NCBI RefSeq assembly: GCF_000196355.1
Contig: NC_007614.1
Location: 3,120,001 to 3,152,000, forward strand
DNA length: 32,000 nt
DNA from: Nitrosospira multiformis ATCC 25196
GTDB taxonomy: Bacteria > Pseudomonadota > Gammaproteobacteria > Burkholderiales > Nitrosomonadaceae
Reading direction: 5' to 3'
The notes under the pieces were generated by a model that was not told where the DNA came from, did not search any database, and worked only from the letters and a program-made list of their open reading frames with translations. Every line of letters begins with the position of its first letter. The stretch's first letter is position 1. This document shows, one piece after another, positions 7,331-14,741 of this stretch. Made by a program: the position numbers and the translations under genes.

Positions 7331-8133
7331 CGGCTTGTTTTCTCCAGAGTGATTTCTGGGGAGAAACTGCACGCCCGGGATGGGGGTATGCAACGCATCG
7401 GTGTATTCATCTATACCAATCGCTTCCAGGAGCAGGACCCGCAGTACGATGGCAGTATTTTTATCCCTGCCCAATGTGTAATCACTCCTTCGATATGGGA
7501 AAGATTCATCGGCCCGAAATAACCCCCGTCGAATGACGTATGCTCACATCCGACATGAGCAGCAATTCGGACTCTTTAAAGTGTAGTCAGAAAACGTATA
7601 GGGGACAGCACTCTGGCTGCACCTGCCGCGTCCTTTGGTGCGCTTGCGCAGCAACTTGCCATTGACGGCAGTCTCCTCATCACCGGATGACACCACATCG
7701 CTTCGCTCCACAGGACGCGCTTCATCATGTATCTATAGTTTCCCGGGCAGAAGCCCGCGCTGTGATTCCGGCATCTTTGCGCCATTCGCCTTGCATTTCA
7801 TCCTTTCTAGCTATAAAAGAAGTGGTGAAGGTAAATTAAAACTCTCGCGCCGGAGCACAAAGCCTGAAAGGAAGAGAAACGAAACCGCTGACCCGAAAGT
7901 AATGCCCTTGCTGAGTGGAAATTTCTGATTATCAAAATAGGTGATTCTGGCAAACAGCATCAGCATAATGCAAAACATTGAGTAATAAATAAGCTTGTCA
8001 ACCGCCCGTTTCTTTCAGAGACCAGCAAAACGATATCTTCCAGTGACGCGCGCGCATTTATACCCGGGTTGAGCAACGGATGTTGCGTGCGCAGCTTTTT
8101 GATCAGCAAAAATTCAGTCAGATAGGAGAAAAC

Positions 8134-9750
8134 ATGGCCCAGTTCATCAACACCAAAGAAAACATCGTCACCGAAGCGGTCGATGCTCTGGTCGCGGCCT
8201 CTGGCGGTAAGCTGGCGCGGCTCGACGGCTATCCACATATACGGGTGGTCGTACGCAATGACTGGGATAAGTCCAAGGTCGCGTTGATTTCGGGAGGCGG
8301 ATCGGGCCACGAACCGGCACATGCGGGTTTCGTCGGGAAAGGAATGCTGACGGCTGCGGTGTGCGGCGACATCTTCGCCTCCCCTACAGTCGACGCGGTA
8401 CTGGCAGGCATCCTTGCCGTGACGGGATCGTCCGGCTGCCTGCTCATCGTCAAGAATTATACCGGTGACCGATTGAATTTCGGGCTGGCGGCCGAACGCG
8501 CTCGCCCGTTCGGCTTGAATGTCGAGATAGTCATCGTCGGCGATGATGTGGCGTTGCCCGGCTTGCCGCAAGCCCGCGGCGTCGCCGGCACGCTTTTCGT
8601 GCACAAGATAGCCGGCGCGTTGGCCGAGAATGGAGCCGACTTGGCGCATGTCGCCGCAGCCGCGCGCAAGGTGGTGTCAAAGACAAAAAGCATCGGCATC
8701 TCGCTAAACACCTGCACCATCCCAGGTTTGCCAAAGGAGGATCGCATCCCGCCCGGCATGGCCGAGCTTGGGCTTGGCATCCACGGTGAAGCCGGGGTTG
8801 AGCAGGTCGAATTCAAGGACGCGACCGGAGCTGTCGCTGCCATGGTCGAGCGCCTGTCAGCTGCAATGGAAGAAAAGCCGCATGTCGTTATGGTCAACAA
8901 TCTCGGCGGCACGTCGGTCATCGAGATGTCGATCATCCTCAACGAAATCCGGCGGTCAGCGATTGGCGAGCAGATAACCCACGTCATCGGGCCGGCGGCC
9001 ATGATGACATCTCTCGATATGCATGGCTTCTCGATTTCAGCCTATCCTGCCGACGATGCAGAGATCGCCCTTCTCAAGCAGCACACGCCGCTGGCAGCAT
9101 GGCCCGGGGTCTCCCGGTTGGGTCAGGTCGCGATTCAGGCGCTTCCGGACGGCCTGACGCCAGTCGTTCCGATGCCCTCGATGCACAGGCCGACCAGGGA
9201 GTTCCTGATCAGGTGCTGCGAGGTTCTGATCGCCGCCGAGAACGACCTTAACGCGCTCGACGCGAAGTCAGGCGATGGCGACACCGGCAGCACGCTAGCC
9301 GGGGCGGCACGTGCCCTGATCAGCGCCGTGGACCGATTGCCGCTTGCCGACCATACCCAGCTCTATCGAGCCATTGGCTTGGAGCTTTCCCAAACCATGG
9401 GAGGCTCGTGCGGTGTGCTCCTCGCGATCTTCTTCGCCGCTGCGGGCGACGCCGCCTCAAGCGGCTCGCCAATGCGCGAAGCGTTGCAGGCCGGGTTGCG
9501 GAGAATGCAGGAAATCGGCGGGGCTCGCCCGGGTGACCGCACCATGGTCGATGCCCTTGCGCCGGCCCTTGATGTCCTGGAAGAGAGCCTGTCCGAGGCG
9601 GCGAAAGCCGCGCGTGCGGGCGCCGATCGCACTGCCCACATGAGCAAGGCGAATGCGGGTCGCGCTTCCTATGTCAATGCCAGGCATTTGGTCGGTCACG
9701 CTGATCCAGGTGCTGAGGCGGTCGCGCGACTGTTTGAACACTTGGCCTAG
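8134..9750 (+). CDS. Dihydroxyacetone kinase, fused DhaK-DhaL (ATP-dependent type)
   Basis: Lies within track ORF 8080..9750. The likely start is ATG 8134 (MAQFINTKENIV...) with TAGGAG upstream. The DhaK motif is ALISGGGSGHEPAHAGFVGKGMLTAAVCGDIFASP. The DhaL motif is DAKSGDGDTGSTL. Confidence 0.9.
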   Translation: MAQFINTKENIVTEAVDALVAASGGKLARLDGYPHIRVVVRNDWDKSKVALISGGGSGHEPAHAGFVGKGMLTAAVCGDIFASPTVDAVLAGILAVTGSSGCLLIVKNYTGDRLNFGLAAERARPFGLNVEIVIVGDDVALPGLPQARGVAGTLFVHKIAGALAENGADLAHVAAAARKVVSKTKSIGISLNTCTIPGLPKEDRIPPGMAELGLGIHGEAGVEQVEFKDATGAVAAMVERLSAAMEEKPHVVMVNNLGGTSVIEMSIILNEIRRSAIGEQITHVIGPAAMMTSLDMHGFSISAYPADDAEIALLKQHTPLAAWPGVSRLGQVAIQALPDGLTPVVPMPSMHRPTREFLIRCCEVLIAAENDLNALDAKSGDGDTGSTLAGAARALISAVDRLPLADHTQLYRAIGLELSQTMGGSCGVLLAIFFAAAGDAASSGSPMREALQAGLRRMQEIGGARPGDRTMVDALAPALDVLEESLSEAAKAARAGADRTAHMSKANAGRASYVNARHLVGHADPGAEAVARLFEHLA

Positions 9751-9846
9751 GTTTAGATTGTAAGCATCTGTTGAATCGCCCTGATTTTTGAGCTGGATAA
9801 TTTTTCCCGCGATCACAAAGAAAACTGCTTCTCCCCTTTTGCTATT

Positions 9847-9879
9847 TTTACCCATGATGACCTACTTATCATGGGTAAA
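9847..9879. repeat. Perfect 12-bp inverted repeat (hairpin) with a 9-nt loop
   Basis: TTTACCCATGAT-gacctactt-ATCATGGGTAAA, about 100 nt downstream of the dha kinase stop. No U-tract follows on either strand. Confidence 0.8.
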
Positions 9880-10298
9880 TCCGGCGCGGGATTCAGGCCA
9901 TCGCGAGTAATCTGCATTTAGCGACTGTGAATCTTCACGCGTGAGGGACCGGGCAGGCCAACGATCAGCACGATTGCAGGTAGGGACACATCGGTCGCAA
10001 TAGGGGAACTCCCGGTCAGACCGGGTCCGGGAGGTTCTAAAACTTCCGTCACTGCACCTAATATGGCTTGATCATCAGTTAATCGCAGTTCATCATGAAA
10101 TGTTAAGGTGCCGGTAGAAAGAGAGGGCGCCACCATTGCATTTTGTGGGGCGAGCGGAGGATCGGTTTCCTCTACATTACTTATTTCCTCGGGAGGATTA
10201 TCCTCGCGAATAGCCGCGTAGTGTTTGTTTTACCTGCCCGTTTGGAATAAATTGGCTAGGCCGCCTTCGATACAAGCGAACATACTCCAAAACAGGTA

Positions 10299-10913
10299 AT
10301 GCCCTCTCTTGTACTACCGATGAGAAACGCTTCCTTCTTGCTATTTCTGTGGTCAATGCCATTTATGGCAGGATCGTCAGCAGACTCACCCCAGGGTAGG
10401 GACATTGAGGTTCAGGTCAGCATGGCCGGAGAAAATATTATTATTGATCTTAATTTTGCTGTGTCAGCAAACCCGCGGGAGGTCTGGGACGTGCTCACCG
10501 ACTTCGACCGTATGGCTGATTTTGTCTCCAACTTGAAGGAGAGCAAGGTTGTCAGTATTTCTGAAGATAAGTTTACTATTTTCCAAAACGGCACTGCCAC
10601 TTACGGCCCCATCCGCTATCCGTTCGAGTCAATACGGGAAGTAAGATTGATCCCTTACCATAAGATATTGACGCATCTGGTCAGCGGCAACATGCACAAA
10701 TTGGACGGTACTACTTACCTGACTGATGAGACCGGGGGGACTCGCGTGGTCCATCGTACGGAGGCTATCCCGAAAGTCTGGATTCCTGCGGTAGTGGGAA
10801 AGGTGTTTATCGAACATGAAGTGCGGGAGCAATTTAATGAAATGAGAAATGAAATAATCCGGAGGAAGAGGGCAGCCCTAAAGAAAGGACACGAGAAACA
10901 GGATGGGCGATGA
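10299..10913 (+). CDS. Secreted SRPBCC (START/polyketide-cyclase-like) family protein
   Basis: 204 aa with a hydrophobic N-terminal signal (MRNASFLLFLWSMPFMAGSSA). The core ...ANPREVWDVLTDFDRMADFVSNLKESKVV... is typical of SRPBCC/Polyketide_cyc2 domains. The start could be 10299 or 10320. Confidence 0.6.
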   Translation: MPSLVLPMRNASFLLFLWSMPFMAGSSADSPQGRDIEVQVSMAGENIIIDLNFAVSANPREVWDVLTDFDRMADFVSNLKESKVVSISEDKFTIFQNGTATYGPIRYPFESIREVRLIPYHKILTHLVSGNMHKLDGTTYLTDETGGTRVVHRTEAIPKVWIPAVVGKVFIEHEVREQFNEMRNEIIRRKRAALKKGHEKQDGR

Positions 10914-11151
10914 CTAGCGAAAGCGATCGCGTTACGCCGGATGGAGCCGAAGGGACTACAAGGACGCGCCCGAACACTGAGGGTTCTGTCATAAGGGAAA
11001 GCTATATTTCTGCCGTACCGTAAAAGCCACACCCGTCGCGAGGCGGGGCCGGAAAGTCCCGGATTTGCGCAATTGAAGGGAACTCGCGCAGGTAGCCGGA
11101 CTGCCAGTACATCAAAAAGCAGACTTTTCCTCAATTTTCCGGAGGTTTTCA

Positions 11152-12540
11152 ATGTTCAAGCAGAAAAAAATAGGCGCTCTTGTTTCAGGTGCGCTCTTGA
11201 TGGCGACCGGCACGACCGGAGCCATTGCGGCGAACACGCATTTCAGTAGCTTTACCCCGCTGAAAGACAGTGTGGCAGCAGGCTCGCTCCCCGAAAACGC
11301 CCCCTTCCGGTTAGCTTCCCCCAATTTCTCCCAGATTCGGATCGCTGACCGCACGACCCAACTCGATCTTGGTGAGGGTAATTCCGGCAGCTGGGATATG
11401 ATCACCGCAAACGAAACCGGGCCGAATGCCGGGCGCTATTTGTTCACTCCGTTCGAGACTTCGATGGCAGGTGTGCAGCGGATCGATCTGGCAAGCGGCA
11501 TCACGAAAACCCTCGTTCACCCCGGCACACAGGATTTCGTCTCGGGCGATGCATCGCGCTGGACACCTTGGGGCAGCTATGTCACTGCCGAAGAATCCTG
11601 GGGCACCGGCAGTACCAAAGGACGCCTGTTCGAGTTGACCAATCCCGTGTCTGCCACCGGAACCGGGGACGCGAACTTCGTATTCCGTTCTATCCTGCCC
11701 CGCGTATCTCACGAGGGTCTCGCGTTCGACAAGAACAACAACCTGTATTTCGTCGATGAACTGAATGGCGGCAGTATCTACAAGTACGTGTCGGCCAACC
11801 CGACCGCCAGTAACGGAGGCGACTACTTTGCAGCAGGCCAGACCTTCGCCGTGGCGGTCAATGGCGGCGGCAATGCCAACGCAGTAGGTTCCGTAACATG
11901 GACTCCCATTACCGATGCCACAGGCGGCGCCCTCCCGGGCATTTCAGCTCTGAATGCGGACGGCACAATCGATGGCCGAGCGACCGCTGACATGGTGAAC
12001 GCAACAGAGTATCAGCGCCCCGAGGATATCGAAATCAAGACGCTTGCCAATGGTGACCAGATCCTTTTCGTTGCCACCACGACCACGAACGAGGTGTACT
12101 CGATCAACCTGGATGCCAACAACGCGCAGCTCTTCGTCAGCCGCGACACGCTCGATCAGGCGAACGGCACCGCCGTGGGCACCGCGCTCGCCAGTCCGGA
12201 CAACCTGGCCATCGACGCCGCCGGCAATATTTATGTTATCGAGGATCAACCTGGCGGCAGGGCGGACATCTGGTTCGCGCAGGATGCCAATCACGATGGT
12301 GTTGCGGAGTCGCTGGGGCGCTGGGCATCCATGTCCACAGTGGGCGCTGAACCGACCGGCCTCTATTTCGACAAATTCAACCCCAATGTGGCATATGTGA
12401 ACATACAGCACCCGGACAGCATGGTGGACAGCACCATCATGATCACGGCTGTGCCGGAACCGGAAACCTATGCCCTGATGATGGCAGGGCTAGGCCTCGT
12501 TGGCGCCGTAGTGCGTCGCAGAAAAGCCTTCCCAGCATAA
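11152..12540 (+). CDS. PEP-CTERM sorting-domain protein with a PhoX/DUF839-like beta-propeller body
   Basis: 462 aa with GGAGG 7 nt upstream of the ATG. It has a signal peptide MFKQKKIGALVSGALLMATGTTGAIAANT. Motifs RWTPWGSYVTAEE, YQRPEDIEI and SPDNLAIDAAGNIYVIEDQPGG are present. The C-terminal VPEPETYALMMAGLGLVGAVVRRRK (12451-12537) is a textbook PEP-CTERM signal. Confidence 0.85.
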   Translation: MFKQKKIGALVSGALLMATGTTGAIAANTHFSSFTPLKDSVAAGSLPENAPFRLASPNFSQIRIADRTTQLDLGEGNSGSWDMITANETGPNAGRYLFTPFETSMAGVQRIDLASGITKTLVHPGTQDFVSGDASRWTPWGSYVTAEESWGTGSTKGRLFELTNPVSATGTGDANFVFRSILPRVSHEGLAFDKNNNLYFVDELNGGSIYKYVSANPTASNGGDYFAAGQTFAVAVNGGGNANAVGSVTWTPITDATGGALPGISALNADGTIDGRATADMVNATEYQRPEDIEIKTLANGDQILFVATTTTNEVYSINLDANNAQLFVSRDTLDQANGTAVGTALASPDNLAIDAAGNIYVIEDQPGGRADIWFAQDANHDGVAESLGRWASMSTVGAEPTGLYFDKFNPNVAYVNIQHPDSMVDSTIMITAVPEPETYALMMAGLGLVGAVVRRRKAFPA

Positions 12541-12572
12541 ATTGCTGCAAGAGTTCCGCGGATTCCTGCCAG

Positions 12573-12614
12573 TCTCGATGCAGGCGGAAGCGTCCGCTTC
12601 CGCCTGCATCGAGA
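12573..12614. repeat. Perfect 20-bp GC-rich inverted repeat
   Basis: TCTCGATGCAGGCGGAAGCG-tc-CGCTTCCGCCTGCATCGAGA, 33 nt after the PEP-CTERM gene stop and between convergent genes. There is no flanking A/T tract. Confidence 0.85.
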
Positions 12615-12777
12615 TCAAACTCACCCATGTAGCCGGCGATCCGACACCATTAACGATGATCCGCCAGCACCTTTACGGGCCAGGTGGAGCTTGAATTTGT
12701 GGCGGGAATGCGCGCCAGTCCTATTTATATCCGCATTTTTGCAGGAATAGCGAAAATGGAAACCGGACCGGATGCCA

Positions 12778-13107
12778 CTAAAATTTTATGCGGGAACTGA
12801 TGGTCTCGTATATCTTCGAACTGAATGCAGTCGCCTGCTGGATGATCTCCCGCTCGGAGGGGTCCTTGATCTTTCCCGTCTTCGTTAGCTTTTCGCCGAC
12901 CCTGTAGCCGTTCGCCCACGCCGCGTCGCAAATGGGGTCACCAAAAACATGCTTCTTTTCGGCAATGTGTGCGGCTAATCCGCTCAGGAATTTGTCGTTT
13001 GTGCCTGAAAAATAACCCCCTATCGTACACAGCTTGTAATCCTCTTCGTTAGCGGTAACGGTGCTGGAAAAAACCGCCAGAAACAATAACAAAAACAGGT
13101 TTTTCAT
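12778..13107 (-). CDS. Small secreted hypothetical protein (109 aa)
   Basis: Signal peptide MKNLFLLLFLAVFSSTVTA-NE, AAGGAG 4-5 nt upstream of the ATG, and two Cys in the mature part. I recognised no family. Confidence 0.5.
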   Translation of the reverse strand: MKNLFLLLFLAVFSSTVTANEEDYKLCTIGGYFSGTNDKFLSGLAAHIAEKKHVFGDPICDAAWANGYRVGEKLTKTGKIKDPSEREIIQQATAFSSKIYETISSRIKF

Positions 13108-13492
13108 GCTGCTCCTTAAAGATTCAGATTCATGATTGTCGTTCAGCGGGGCTGGGGATGAAGATCAACCGAGATGGACGAAATATCGTTTCCCTTCCCG
13201 GCGTCCGGCAACTTCAAACGGGCAACTGCAAAATGGAAGTGCGTAGGTACATCTATTATAGTACTGCTGTTCCGCTGCGCGATACAGATCGTCCTGCCTT
13301 CAGTCGATTCATGGGGCTGGACTCGGGTCTGTAATGAATGCCGCCAATAATCAGGAGCACAAGGAATTCTTCAGCTGGACCACCGGCTTTTTTTATTGCT
13401 ATATTTAAAACGTGTCGAGCGCGGCAGTTCCGTCATTCGAGGTGGCAAGAATCATAAGACCTGATGTGAAAACATTCCTTTCCTCCCTATCC

Positions 13493-14521
13493 ATGCAACC
13501 AGCAAGACCTTATGTCGCTCCGCTATGGCTGCGGGGCGGTCACGCTCAAACCATCTATCCCTATTTTCTTGCCCGCCCTTCGATTCCCTACCGACGCGAG
13601 CGGTGGGAACTGGACGATGGGGATTTCATCGACCTCGACTGGCTGGAGGGCGAGATGGACGCGCCCCTGATAGTGCTGTTTCACGGCCTCGAAGGAAGCT
13701 CGAACAGTCACTATGTCGTAAGCACCATGACCCTGTTTCGCGAGATAGGCTGGCGCGCGGCAGTGGTACATTTTCGTGGTTGCTCCGGTTCACCGAATCG
13801 GCTGCCACGCGCCTATCATGCGGGCGATTCGGCAGAGATCAACTGGATATTGGAACGCATCAATATCAGAGAAAGACAGTCCGGCAGGCAACCCTCTTCG
13901 ATTTACGCGGTCGGGGTATCGCTGGGAGGCAACGCACTGCTGAAATGGGTGGGTGAGCAGGGCAGGCAGGCTTGCCGATTGATCGATGGAGTCGTGGCCG
14001 TTTCCGTGCCCCTCGATCTTGCTGCTGCGGGGAATGCTCTCGCTTCCGGCTTCAATCTGCTCTACACGCGCCATTTTCTTGATACGCTCAAGCGCAAGGC
14101 GGTCGGAAAACTTGACCTCTTTCCGGATTTGTTCGATCCCGCGGCAGTCAGCGCCTGCACTACGCTGTATGAGTTCGATAATCTCGTAACTGCGCCGCTC
14201 CATGGTTTCCGTAATGCGGAGGACTATTGGAACCAATCGAGCAGCAAACCATGGCTCAAGTACATTGAGGTGCCTACACTCATTGTAAATGCAATCAACG
14301 ACCCGTTCATGCCGCCGCATGCCCTGCCCTCGGGGGCGGATGTTTCTTCCATGGTCGTCCTGGAATATCCGGACGAGGGGGGACATGTAGGCTTCCTCGA
14401 TTCCCCGTTTCCAGGCAGGCTGACCTGGTTGCCGGAAAGAATCGTCAGCTTTTTCGGCGAACAAGGGGGCCGGATCGTGGTGCAAACCGGCGAAGCAATG
14501 CCGGCCACCCAGATTTCCTGA
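13493..14521 (+). CDS. Alpha/beta-fold hydrolase, YheT-like
   Basis: Lies within track ORF 13412..14521, which has a GTG start. The conserved N-terminus PLWLRGGHAQTIYP follows ATG 13493. It has HGLEGSSNSHYV and a nucleophile elbow GVSLGGN. The alternative start is 13412. Confidence 0.8.
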   Translation: MQPARPYVAPLWLRGGHAQTIYPYFLARPSIPYRRERWELDDGDFIDLDWLEGEMDAPLIVLFHGLEGSSNSHYVVSTMTLFREIGWRAAVVHFRGCSGSPNRLPRAYHAGDSAEINWILERINIRERQSGRQPSSIYAVGVSLGGNALLKWVGEQGRQACRLIDGVVAVSVPLDLAAAGNALASGFNLLYTRHFLDTLKRKAVGKLDLFPDLFDPAAVSACTTLYEFDNLVTAPLHGFRNAEDYWNQSSSKPWLKYIEVPTLIVNAINDPFMPPHALPSGADVSSMVVLEYPDEGGHVGFLDSPFPGRLTWLPERIVSFFGEQGGRIVVQTGEAMPATQIS

Positions 14522-14741
14522 CTACGATTTTCGTTGCACCTTCCGGACTTTCCCCTTCAGAAATACTGCTGCGGCGGTACCGAATTCGGACTTCGGAATA
14601 GCATCCGGTCAGAAACTGTTGTTCCTTGGCGGGGACCTTAATGCGGTTTAACTGGTGTAAAATACTCCATGAAATTTAGCCGGCTTCCCGCGAGTCGGCT
14701 TGCTGCCACAGTCCCTAACCTTTTGCCGCATCAGTCCTCCA

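Noticed and set aside
7960-8649. 229-aa minus-strand ORF overlapping the dha kinase start
   Set aside because: It is antisense to a strongly supported CDS, has a low-complexity Arg/Ala/Gly-rich translation, and has no motif.
9918-10136. 72-aa minus ORF whose C-terminus (VLEPPGPGL...SLPAIVLIVGLPGPSRVK) vaguely resembles a PEP-CTERM tail
   Set aside because: The PEP motif is imperfect, the spacing to the hydrophobic stretch is too long, there is no signal peptide, and the upstream open frame has no start. It is probably non-coding or a dead fragment.
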